A stretch of DNA of 64,000 bases, from NCBI GenBank assembly GCA_965644265.1, contig OZ286468.1, forward strand, positions 49,910,001-49,974,000, in the 5' to 3' direction. Both the position numbers and the translations under genes were made by a program. The notes beneath the pieces are model-generated. The model made no database searches. It saw nothing but the letters and a program-made list of their open reading frames with translations, and had not been told where the DNA came from. This document shows, piece by piece, positions 1 to 13,179 of this stretch (position 1 is the stretch's first letter; each line of letters opens with the position of its first letter). This DNA comes from Glycera tridactyla (Eukaryota).

Positions 1-212
1 ATGGAAGCCCCGCTGGTATATGAATGAGAGTCACGACCTTTCACACCTGCCCGAATCGGATAATTAGCAGTGTTTTGGTTATTATCAAAACACATACCAA
101 AGACATGAATGACATATTTATACACATATTAGTGTCCATCAATCGCCAATCAGTTTGAGTAGATGATACATATCCCAGTGACGAAATGATTGATCAATAT
201 TCTTCCCATGGG

Positions 213-316
213 TCATACTCTGATTCCAGGCATATCACGGTCAATAGTGCAAGCTGCCAGAAGGAAACAATGGGCTGATAATGCATAACCGACCGGATAC
301 AGTAGCAGCAGCGTCC
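213..316 (-). CDS. MFS last exon (WTLLLLYPVGYALSAHCFLLAACTIDRDMPGIRV*)
   Basis: Acceptor tttatttccag, phase 1, hydrophobic last TM, TGA at 213-215. Confidence 0.85.
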
Positions 317-3300
317 CTGGAAATAAAGACAGGAACATATCCCTTGCATGCGTATTAACATCCTAAATGATATATTGTGAGAAACTGTGAAGCCTGTATT
401 AAACCATCACTGTATTTAGCAACCACCTGCCTTAAGCAACCACTTTCTGATATCACTCTAGAGGACATTTCATCATTATTTACCAGTATTAAACATTCAC
501 CTATCTTAAGCAACCACATATCATTTCCCAAGGGTGGTTACATAATATAGGTTATACTGTACATTGGATCAAATGGAAACTGGCTTCTTCAAGATCAGTA
601 TATCAAAGAAGATTCCGACCTAATCGTTCGACCATTTAATATAAACATCCCCCTTGGTCATAGGATGTAGACAGTCTGAGATTGGAGGCATTGCGACGTC
701 ACAAAATCTCGTTTTCTATGATCACTGCTTCACTTTTTCACCATATTACTGCCATTTGAGCTTTGCCATCGCCTTTTCACTCACCAGGGATGATCTTCGC
801 GATATTTGTATTTGGGAAGATGTGTCTAAACAATTCCATCGATCTTAGAAGCTGATTACTGCAGCAATTGAGGCCATCTTAACCAAATCTCATCTCGTTT
901 TGTGCTGAACAAGATGGATATCGTGCAATTGCTCATTTGACTTATCCTCCATCATATTCAAATGATTAGGACCCCACGAGGGCCCATGACAGGACCAATA
1001 AGTGGGATATGATTCGATCCCGCCAATCTCCATTCTTGCTTTTATACCACAGATGAAGCATGTGTCGGTATTGGGGCAGCCTCTGAGCAAGCATGATTAC
1101 GGATGACAGGTGTATGAATGAAATGACAATCACTGATGTGCCCGACCTCTGAGTGAGACCAAGAAGGTGATGTCTTGTTTTCAAGCAGCCAACTGACATT
1201 TGGCTCTCTATCATAACCCCTCATCGACCACATTCTCCAGTATACGTTTAAGCGCGCCTGTTTGTTTCCGTTTGCACTATTCTTGTTCGTATACCCTCCT
1301 CAGAATTACCCATTATGCGTTGTGGTGCTCTTGTTTGCATTATTCTTGTTGGTACACCCCTGCCAAATGGTCCCATATCGATATACCCTGATTCTCTCCA
1401 AGGATTCATAACAGAAATACGTGTGTTCATCCGTATTGATATGTTTTCAATCATTCACATTGACTACGGAAGTCAAGATATTGCCGAATCTCACCGCCCA
1501 TAGAATCCATGAGATATTTCCAACACCATGGTATATCTGTCACAATATCTCATGGGTCTGTATCTCACGGATATGGCGCTATCGGTGGTACAAGAACGCA
1601 TGACATACATAATCATTTGGCTTGATACATGATGTTGGACCCCGACCAACCAAACAACCACCCAACCATACAGCCAATGCTTTTGTCTTTGAGAGAAATT
1701 AGGGTGATATGAGAGCTTTGTTTGTTTGTTTGTGGCTTAACGGCATGTATCAACCCAGTGGATTATGAGAGCTCATGGTGTGGTGTGGGACTACCAGAAA
1801 TGACACATTGAGTGTTTTACTAATTTCCACATTGCGTTGAGGACACGGAGAGGGGGGGGGGGGGTTCATGAATGATTCCATCAATGTCCAATGCATGGGC
1901 GTCACAATGCAGCACATATGGCGCTGACGTGACGTCAAACCAGAACCAACCAACCAAATGTGGTGTAGGAGGAATCAGGGAAACTACTTACATTTGAGGG
2001 CGTTGCTGGTAGAGACGCCTATATCGATGAAGGCATTCTCTAGAGGGGTCACACAGAGTGGTCCTAGACCAGCGATATTACTGATGATGAAGAAGTAGAG
2101 AGCTATAGATGATGTACGCAGAGCGGTGGGCACTAGATCTATCACAATCACAAGAGTCACGCCTACCCACACCTCACCTGGAACGAGTGGAGACATAGGG
2201 TAGTGAGGCAATGGTAGGAGAACTGTGGCAGACCCACGCCGTATGTACGAACGTGCAAGTATCCATCTTGGTGTTTGTGAGAATATGTTTATATGTGTAT
2301 GGTGTCTGTCTGTCTGTCTGTCTGTTTGTCGAGATCATGTATTTGGATCCACGTGGCATCTCATCTCGACCCATTGCTTCTACCATCCTCACGGTCTGAT
2401 ACCCTAGTTCAAGTTGTTGCGGCACCCCAGGCCCATGTCTGAAACCCTGATCCAAGGTATTGCCACATCGCAGGCCCCACCCCATAATCTCAGCTGATTC
2501 TGCTGCTGCACCCACGGCCCGAGTCTGAAACCCTAGCCCAACCTGTTGCTACACCGCCAGGCCGCTGTCTGACACACTAGCTTAATCTGTTGCTACAACC
2601 CCACAACTGACATTCTACCTTAAGTTGTTGTTACACCGCCAGGCCCCTGTCTGACACCATATTTCAAGCTGTTGCTGCCCTCAAGGCCCCTGTCTGACAC
2701 ACTAGCTCCGCTACCCTGACACACTAGTTCAAGCATTTGCTACACCCCAGGCCTCTCTTTTTGGAACCAGGCATTTCTACATCTCAGGCCCCTATTTGAC
2801 ACCTCAGCCCAAGCACACGCCCCTGTCTGACACCCTAGCTTAAGCCGTTGGCACACCCCAGACCCCTGTCCGTCACTCCAGATTAAGCTGTCATCACACC
2901 CCAGGCTCCTATCTGACACCTTAGCTTGAGCTGTCGCCACACCCCGGGCCCCTGTCTGACACCTTAGCTTTGAGCTGTTGTTCCTTCCATCTTCGGCACC
3001 TTAGCTCAAGTAGTTGTCACACCCCAGACACCTCACTTCAATCTTAGGCTACACCTCAAGCCCCTTTCTGAGATTATCTGCAGGGAATACATATTGGCAA
3101 CTTGACTTCACATCACATTGAAATACAACAGTACAAAGGACCTACCTATGATATAGGCTGGAATGAGGAAGTAATATGCTGCCGGTGGATTCACCAATAA
3201 TACACAAGCAGTGAAGGGTGCGGCAAGAAACTGAAACAAAATAGATTCATAATTGCGATCAAGGGTGATTCGGAGTTTGAATCTAATCCTCATTTCTTGC

Positions 3301-6300
3301 ATTACTACAAAAACACCAGTCATATATTGAGTCACGCCGTATCTTAACATTCTTATCTGTATGCTGACGTGTGATAAGAAATACATAGATAAGCATAATA
3401 GTCTCTCTACGGATGAACACATATGTGTTGCTAGCGAGGGTGTTTTACCCAAAGGTTCAGGGTTCAACTCCCGTTGGGAAAAAAGGTCGACTTTGGTATT
3501 TGAAACTTTCCACAGGCCTACTGCCCAGACAATGATTACCATCAGAAAGGTGTTGTATTATTTGTTTGTAGCACGCTGGTTTCGAGTTTGGGTGATTTCT
3601 TTATTTGTTTGTTTGGGTTTGACGTCTTTTCAACCACCTTGGGTTAAATCGGACTGGAAAACTTCAAGTGCTGAAGAAAAGAGCCACCGCTTTCGGATGC
3701 CGTCCCCACTCTTTACGAAAGACAGCAGTGGGTCTTCTAGGTTATCACATACACATGTCCGGCTTTTGATATCCCGGTCGGCATGCACTGGGTTGGGTTC
3801 GGGGTTGGGTTGTCACAGGAAGAGACCTAGTCTGAGGCCTTCGGTTCGACCCCAATTAGGAACCCGTTATTGGACATTAGACGCAAGAAATATGAATTAA
3901 TCAAGGGGTCTTCGAGAAATTAGGGGACGTACCAGACTAAAGGCGATGAGCATTATGCGAGTCTGAGGGCCAAGTCTTGAAGCGACCTTGTCTGAGATGA
4001 GACCTCCAACGAGCACGCTGATGACGCCCCCAACTATGGGGATCCAGCCCAGATACTGAGCGATCTCGATGGGTTCTTGTCCTTCCAGCTCGAAATAGAC
4101 CTCAGCATAGTAGGACCACACGTAACCCGCTGAAACAGATCACTCCAATGACTGAGCAAGAAACATCTACTACAAGTGTTAGGATAGTAATATCTATAGC
4201 TTCAGCGATCCTCCAGTGAAGATATCACCCGTGACAACTTGTGTATGTATAAACTAGTCATAAGTGGAGTACCCTAGAGTGCTCTGCTGTACCCTGTAGT
4301 GTGACTGTATAAATGTGGAAGGCAGATCTGTTGCTTGTCTTTGTATGTATACTGCAATGTACCAAGAAGCTATTGCTGAAGTCTCAGAGTCGTTGGACTT
4401 ATTTCCCCAACAAAGCACATCCAAACAACGAGAGCGCTAAGGCGCACCGTGGAGAATTTGCGACCTGTAATAGGCGAAAATGACACTCAAAATTCCAACA
4501 GAAATCAACATGCTGGCTGGAGCGTCTTCAAACACATCCAGCACAATATATCAAGCCCCGCCTCTTGCATGCCAATCCCCGCCCACTCATCTCCTCATCC
4601 AATCATATAACCTCATTTTTTTCTCAAGAAGTATAAAGGGGCGGGACACACCTTTATTGTATTCATAAGCCCATCACCATCAATATTATTCACTACCTCC
4701 GCCCAGTTGAAGTAAGCCTAGAAAAACGGGCCATGCATGATTCGCCTGTGGTATAAAAGCATGGACGCATGGATAATGAGTAGAATAAAGAACATTTTAT
4801 TTACGGATACTCTCGTGCGATCTCACATGCTCTCATTCATGGTCACATTCAAGGTCTCATTTATGGGACCATTTTGTAAGACCAGTGACACTTTTTGGAA
4901 GGTTAACACGATTGATATAATTCATCTGACTCATCGGACTGGATAAAGGTGCTACACGGCCTTAGTGCGGGCCTGCATTTGGAGTGATATGAAGGACTGC
5001 CTACCTGCATTTCTGATTGAGCCCGCCAGACACAGGACCAGTAATGTCGGGTTACAGAAATATTTGCATAACACCATGGCTCTTCTCCACCACGTGACTT
5101 CCTCTCCGCCAATCAGATCGCGGATATCTGCTTCGTCATTGCCGTCCTTCTTGAGACGTTTCTCTGGCTCCCGCACCGTGAAATAGAGGATGATTCCCAC
5201 ACCAACACCGAAAATGCCACTGATGTAGAAGGCCCAACGCCAACCCTACAAGCATGTCAGATGTGAATACAAATACGTGCACATTCATTATGCCANNNNN
5301 NNNNNNNNNNNNNNNNNNNNNNNNNNNNNNNNNNNNNNNNNNNNNNNNNNNNNNNNNNNNNNNNNNNNNNNNNNNNNNNNNNNNNNNNNNNNNNNNNNNN
5401 NNNNNNNNNNNNNNNNNNNNNNNNNNNNNNNNNNNNNNNNNNNNNNNNNNNNNNNNNNNNNNNNNNNNNNNNNNNNNNNNNNNNNNNNNNNNNNNNNNNN
5501 NNNNNNNNNNNNNNNNNNNNNNNNNNNNNNNNNNNNNNNNNNNNNNNNNNNNNNNNNNATCATCCGGCTTGTATATTCGATTGATTTATTGGTCAAAGTT
5601 TGATGGCACGCAACATCCTCAAATGGTACGTGTTTCTAATCTATGAGAGCTAAACACTCTGCTCACAAACCCTGAACACAGGATGATGGGGAATAAGACA
5701 CGTTGTCTCGTGGAAGTAGCTGCCACTCCATAAATGACGGTAGCTTCACAATAATCATTCCCTGTGCTTTGCTTGCATGTCCATGCCACCACACTTACTA
5801 GTGAACCTAGCCACTGCCCATGCAACCCAGAACGGGCATGCCACCCCCTAACTCGCACTCATGCTCACTCATTCATCAACTAATTTCCACAATCACTCAT
5901 TCAATCAAATTCTGACACGTAACACGTATGCTATCAGGTGTTCTCTCACTCACCAGATCGAGTATATCCGCTTCAGTGATGTAATCCCCGACGGCGAAGG
6001 CCAGGCTGTAGCCGATGTAGATGCCCCAGTTATACACCCCGAGGGCAGAGGCTCGCCAATTGGCCGGGAAGTAATCAGCAATGATGGAGGAGGCAAACGG
6101 TGTACAACCAGCCTCACTGCAACAGCCACAAAATGATTGAATCAAAAATGACAAAGGGTGAAAAATGTAATCATCCCCAAAGTGTACCTAACGCTACGAA
6201 GAAGAGTCCGATATTTAGATATTACTCTTCAATTCAAGGGCTACAATTATAGTTCTTCCCCCAGGACCATCAGGGACTATAACAACCCAACGACAGCGAC

Positions 6301-9300
6301 CAAGCAGAGCGAGAGCATCGAAGTCTCCAAGCCATCCTTGCCAACATCTAGTTACTGGCATCGCACTTATCACCAATGACAATTTGTCAAAATTGCATTG
6401 CCATGATAACGATGGAGATTTTGGCGAACATCCTATAGAAACATGAATAGCAAGCCGACGGCCATTGGACATCAATGAATGTCGGAGCGACAAGATTGGA
6501 CGTGCGATGTTCATCTATTTCTGGTCCAATGTCCAGTGGACATCCAGAAGTCGATGCTTGCTTTCGATTGGGTCATTGCAATTGCCCGGACATTCATTAA
6601 GACGTCTGTTGGACGTCAACAAATTGGCATAAGTTTTTCTGATACTAATTCATGTCCATTGAACGTGCAAATTTATCTCCAACGTATCAGACGACTGGGG
6701 ACATCCACTGACGTCTAATGGACGTCGACGTGCTATCAGGGTCGTAGTTTCTTTTCATTTTCTTTCATATTTCAATTCTTCTACTTTCTTATATTTGGGC
6801 CATAGGTTCAAATATAATTGTCAGCATTGTTATCATCGTTGTCATCGTCGTCGCCATCGATCATCAATCATCACCATCACAATCACCATCCATCGTAATA
6901 TCCATCATTCTTCGAGAGGTCTTGAAGCAAGTGATCCAATACTCTCTTCTGAACACGGTCACTCCTATATAGTATAGTAGATGTCTGATTCTTTCCATCT
7001 ACCTTTGCTACCGCCTCCCACAGTCACCCTATTGTCATATTATCTGCCTGTTCTTACTTTTGTCACCATGCCACTTCACCATGCTATCTGTATTCACTCA
7101 TGTTTCTGAATCTCCTTGTTAAGTTTTCATCGTTCATCGTTATGGTTTAACTTAGTATGTTTTAGTCAAGTTTCATTTCCAATTTGACACCATGTAAGCA
7201 ATTGAAATGACATTCGTTCATTGCTTTCCTGAATGAAGTACAGTCGAACCTGTCTATAAAGACCGCCTTCGGTCACATAAAAAAGCGGTCTTTATGGCCA
7301 GGTGGTCTTTATAGAGAGGTAATTTACTGTTGAAAATACTACCATGGTCGCAGCTCAGGTGGTCTTTATAGGGAGGTGGTCTTTATAGAGAGGTGGTCTT
7401 TAGAGCAGGTTCGACTGTATTTACGAACACATACAGACAGTGCCGCCCACGAACTCACAATATGCGAGGTGAAAACAAGAAAGTTCGTCTCATATCCAAA
7501 ATGTGTTCCTACTTACAAGACTCCGAGCCCGAAGCGTAGAAGAGCCAGCTCCCAGTACTCCTGTACAGTGCCAGTCAGGACAGTCATGACTGACCACATG
7601 ATAAGACAGAGAGACAGTATCCTCACACGATTGTAGTAATCCCCGGCGAGACTGAGTGGGATCCCTGAAAAAACAAAGGCAGGATATTGTATATGTTGAG
7701 TCTACCGGTACTAACGTTACATGACGAATACACGTCAAGTAAAACATCGTGAGCTTTTTTTTCAGAACATTTCCTGTACACCCAGGAAAGTTCCTGAAAA
7801 GAAAATCTCACATAGCCAACAATTCATAGTAATTGCGGCCTTGTAAAATCCCTCGGCCAATTCCACCTCGTGGAATATTCCCAGAGCCATCAACTGGCAT
7901 GTTTTTTTTTCCATAATACCAACCAACCAACCAACCCGATAAACCATCATCACCGCCNNNNNNNNNNNNNNNNNNNNNNNNNNNNNNNNNNNNNNNNNNN
8001 NNNNNNNNNNNNNNNNNNNNNNNNNNNNNNNNNNNNNNNNNNNNNNNNNNNNNNNNNNNNNNNNNNNNNNNNNNNNNNNNNNNNNNNNNNCACCACCACC
8101 ACTACTCCTATCATCATCACCATCATCATCACTACCCCACTACATCTACTACCACTACCCCCACCACCACCACCACCGCCAACAACAACATCACCGCAGG
8201 ACACAGAGCTGCTGGTCTGATGCCTGGTGTGTGCATAGGTACAAATCTGGACAACCCACCACCCGATGGACGCCAACCTCTGATGGAATGAAAATAGTAA
8301 TAGGGCCAATTTCAAAGAGTAGCAGTACCAGTTATTACAATGTTATGATCAGAAATATTCTGATTTTCATCCGTGAAATACAAGAATTTAGATCAAAGGG
8401 TAGTTGCTATTCCACATCTCACCTGCCACGGTGTAACAGATGATGAAGATTGGTCCGACGAGCAGATCATACTCGAATCCCGTCCCCGTGTACACCCACT
8501 GACACACAGTGGAATTCGCATAGTTTGTCTTCCGGTAACAACTACAAACAATCAATCAATTTATAGATCCTATGTCACAATGAATTCCGAATTAGTTTAC
8601 TAAATACGTTCAGAATTTCACCAATCCATGGTATTTGCTTTCAATAATACTGGTGATTACCCAAATATATTTCGTGCTGTGTGGAGATACATTGCTGGTA
8701 AAAAGGACATGCTGGCAGTGGCTGGTGAGGATTGTGATCAAACCTTTCGAGAAATGTTCATGCAATTGGAGATGGTTAGAATGAAACTATAATCATGATA
8801 TTCCGTTGAAATGTGCAAGTTATATTTCCAGAAATCATTCACTTTCTTTTTGTGGATTTTAATCTGGATCTCCGGCATGACGTGCCATTTTTTCGTTTGG
8901 TCCTAGGTCAATGGTAGTGCTATAACATATAGATCCAGAGCAGCCACAGAATGTCCCTCTTCAGCGTATATGCATGCACATGAAAGTGCGAGATAAGATA
9001 TTTCAATAGTCATTCGCTGACAGGCTTTCGCCCTGCCGAGAGTAGACATCCCATTTAAGAATAGCTAACAGCAGCATCAGGCGTCGTTCGTGCTACTTGG
9101 CAGAAAAAGTAATCCATCATCAAAAGTAATCCAACAAACAAACAAACCTGATTTCTTCAGTGAAGGATGTACAATCGGTGCCGTTGATTTCGGCCTTGGT
9201 ATAAGAGGAGTTCACTTGACAAGTCTGGTCGCCATAGTCCAGATCTTCAGCCATGGCGACAGTGCAGACGGAGAGCAGGTATCGGTCCAGCTGGTTGGTG

Positions 9301-12300
9301 AGGTAAGTGATGAGCAGGAGGAGGAGCACGTAGAATCTGTACACGTACGAACCCCATCCCGTCGACTTGCTCGGGTTGAACAGCGACGACGTCTCGTCAA
9401 TTTCTTTCAGTTTGGATGGTGGCGGTGTTGATGGTGGTGATGGTGTTAGTGGTGGCTTCTCGTTCTCACTGTCAACAGAGATACCATGTGGATTTTTATA
9501 AGTCATTATTATGGGGAAAATGATCAAAGTGGCGATTTGTTGGCGAGATGGCGCCACTTGGCTTGCAGCGACGGCAGAACAGTCGAGGTCTTCTTCTGCT
9601 GCTGCCGTTACAGATTCTGCCACCGCTGTTGCTACCACTACTACTACTGATGNNNNNNNNNNNNNNNNNNNNNNNNNNNNNNNNNNNNNNNNNNNNNNNN
9701 NNNNNNNNNNNNNNNNNNNNNNNNNNNNNNNNNNNNNNNNNNNNNNNNNNNNNNNNNNNNNNNNNNNNNNNNNNNNNNNNNNNNNNNNNNNNNNNNNNNN
9801 NNNNNNNNNNNNNNNNNNNNNNNNNNNNNNNNNNNNNNCAACAAAAACAACAACTACTTCTTCTACTACTAATACATCTACTTCTACCACGACCACTACC
9901 ACTACTACTTATATCAAAGGCAGAAAGAACCTTATCTAAAAATAATCAGAATGCAGACACGCAAAAAGAGACAAGATGAAGGGAAGCCCGGGCGCATATT
10001 TAGAGAATATGCTCAATCAGGTATCTCAAACTGCCGTGCCAGTTTATTTGGAGGCGGGGTATAGCGCTAGTGATTTTGTATTTATACAACCACTGTCGGT
10101 GCTCTTTCCACTCATTAAAAACATGCCCCCACACGATTTATCTGTGGTGAAAGAGCAAGGTTGCATGGAGATTACTTTTGTTTGTTTGCGGTTTAAGGAC
10201 ATGTATCAACCCTAGAGTTATGTATGCCGTGTGTTCCTGGTTAATGAAAGCTAGATGTTCTCTCTCCTGCAGACATCTCTCTCACAAACCTTGGACACAA
10301 GATGATGGGGAACCTGAAAGCTTGTCAAGTGGAAGTAGCTAACAGTCCAGACACACCTCTGCCTACTCTTCAGCCGGTTGCTGAGTTGAATGTATCATGC
10401 TCCACTTGTTGGTTATGGCATGTGATCTCACAAGGCCTCAAGCATGCGAATATGAGAGGAGATTATCAGTGAACTGAATTGCTTTAATTGCCCATATGCT
10501 CAATTTCCATGATGGGTGGATTTGTTTTGACACACCAGACCAGATACAGGTATCACAAAGATAATTTCACATAGATGAAATGTTCATGACAAAACTCAGA
10601 TGGTGGCAATTTGGCAAAGATCGGATTTGACGATGAGGGCATGAGAGGATTTGCAAGCAAATTCTCAAACAAGGCATAAAATGCACAAAAGGCTCGCATG
10701 CACGCCGCTCGTCAAAAGGGGACACATCTGTGTGTGTATGCCCCAACACCCCACCCTTCCCCCAAACACCCACCTCAATACCCCAACCCACCTCCCAATC
10801 CCACCACCCCCAGCCCCTACCTCCCCAACCCCACCCCACTAATCCCCCACCCCACCCTTCCCCTCTCCCCATCCCACCCATCTCCCCCACCCCTCTCCCC
10901 AACACCTCCCCCTTCCCCCCCATCCCCGGTCTCTACCTCCCCCTACCCCATCCCATACACATACACAAATTTATAACCAAACCCCAACCCCAACCCCAAT
11001 CACCACCCACCAACCCTCACATGCACGTACCCCAAATACACACACACACATGCACACACCCAAACCCCTCCACACCACGCCCCACCCTTACCACCCCACC
11101 CTTCCCCTCACACACCCATCCTTCACCCCCATACCCACAGCCCACCCCATCCACCTTCCCCACCCCAACCCACACCCCAACAATGAAAGGACAGTCGGAG
11201 AATGGTGTACATTTTCTATGGTCTCATGCAACTCAGACAGTTTTTTTTCAACTATATGAGATGGATTATGAAAAAGATTGCTCCCATGTTGTTGTCCAAC
11301 TACTGATGCATATGTATACAGAATATCAAGAATGTAGGTGCAATATTGACTGAGTGAGGCTTCAAAGAAAAATTTTAACCAAAACTTTAACCAAAACCTT
11401 AACCTCAGACCTTCACGCCGGCTGGCCGGCTGGACCAACTGCATGATTACAAAGACTCGCATTTAGCTTTGCATGCGAGCCAAAAATAGAAATGAGACAT
11501 GAGACCAGCTTCTGCATGATACAATGTGATGTTCTATCACACCGACCAACCGAACCATCAAAGTAACTACTGTTGCTTATTGAGAGATTGCATGGTATCA
11601 CACTAGTTCAAGGACATTGCAGACGCTATCCTTATGACGGATCACTAAGATGGTGTAATATATCTATTCACATGCACCCGGAGGTCGCGTATCACATGCT
11701 TCCTACATAGTAGTATCACAATTAGAATTACACTTCTTGACCTGAATTATACCGCATGATTACCATGATGTTCTGCTGATAAAAATCAGTCTTGATTGTG
11801 ATAAGTTGAAAACACAGAAATATCGCATAATCCACCATGCGGACAGAGTCATGATGACCTCATCGATATCATTTTCACTTTGTTTACTGATGATACTGCT
11901 ATCTCTCAAATTGTAATGTTTTTCTTCATGAGTAACTGTATCTGTAGGTATTTCTACACGATATGTTTTGTGTTTGTATAAGAGGTGGAAATGAGTCAGT
12001 TTGGATCATCTAATAAATACTTATGGAGACTTTGTACAGAAATGTCTCGACCCGCCGTTCAAATATAACACTACTATCGGATTCTCGCAATGGAATCGGT
12101 TACCGAATACAAAATTTGCCCTTTCTTACAGAAACATCACCATCACTGAAAACATTATAGTGCAAAGTTTGCTACGTCATGATTGGGTACTAAACAATCC
12201 AAGAGCTACGGGAGATATCAACCTAATTGCTGCATTGAGTTGACACTAAGCGTGTTTACGGGTGGTGGAAAGCATCCATGATGATTGCATATGGGAAGAT

Positions 12301-13118
12301 ACCAAACGCAATTTCATCTTGGAAGGCGCAACAATTAAGCGAACAGAAACGTATGCCAGCCACCACTTGGTTAAGTTGCTACACTGAGAAAATGGAACAA
12401 GGTGTTACATAAGGGGGTAGGGTTATGATCTAAAATGAAAAATATATTGTAAGAATGAACCCCAAAATGAAAACTTTGAAACAAATGAGAGAATCCATCA
12501 CTGGTTGCTTCTAGAGTGCAGGGCGTCAACTGTAGAGAAATATATAACATGCAAAAATTATCCAAGCATCTATATTTTCTACAAAGCAAATACAGTCAAA
12601 CCTGTTCTAAGCATGATCAAGGGGAGGAGTAGAACTCAATTCTTGGAACCAGATCATAATAAGGAAAACAGCCTCTAGTCAAATGGAATATGACAATTGT
12701 TGGTCAGTGAAAGAATTCTACAGCCAGAACATTCTAAGGAATATTACACACTCATATGAGTTGAGACAAATCTTATTGGTGAACCTTGGTGACTATGGAT
12801 CATGCTTAGAGTGAGTTTGAATGCATCCCGCAATAGCAATTAAGTAGTGCCAGTAGGTGCGTCACGAATATGAGGAAACCCACTATACTCAGGGACAACG
12901 TTTGTTGGCAGCGGCAATCTGAGGAATCAAAGAGAGAAAGTAGTCCCTCTTAATGACCCCCCCCCCCACTAGTTGATGACTGGGTATAACCGCAACATCA
13001 ATTGATAGTTCATGTTGGCCATTGGCTGATGGTGGGGGGGGGGGTAATTCAGGGGTAACCAGATGATTGAGTCCATATGTGGAGTGTGTTTGTATGTTTT
13101 TGTGTGTATGTGTGCATG

Positions 13119-13179
<61 letters not shown>

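Larger units (their letters stand above)
5296..9838. other. Three N runs (5296-5558, 7958-8090, 9653-9838)
   Basis: Lengths 263, 133 and 186; two are flanked by (CAC)n/(CTA)n triplet repeats, so they are probably masked or unresolved simple repeats. All are intronic in the model. Confidence 0.8.

Noticed and set aside
890-1603. Cluster of short ORFs in the last MFS intron (e.g. GLTQRSGTS, GCPNTDTCFICG)
   Set aside because: No consistent frame, splice chain or recognisable domain.
3420-3490. tRNA-like B-box (ggttcaactccc)
   Set aside because: No cloverleaf or A-box could be built; at most a SINE remnant.
5296-5558. N run possibly hiding an MFS exon
   Set aside because: Flanking exons join in phase 0 with a continuous TM pattern.
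10567-11462. Pro-rich and Gly-rich ORFs (extensin-like)
   Set aside because: Products of the C/G low-complexity tract.
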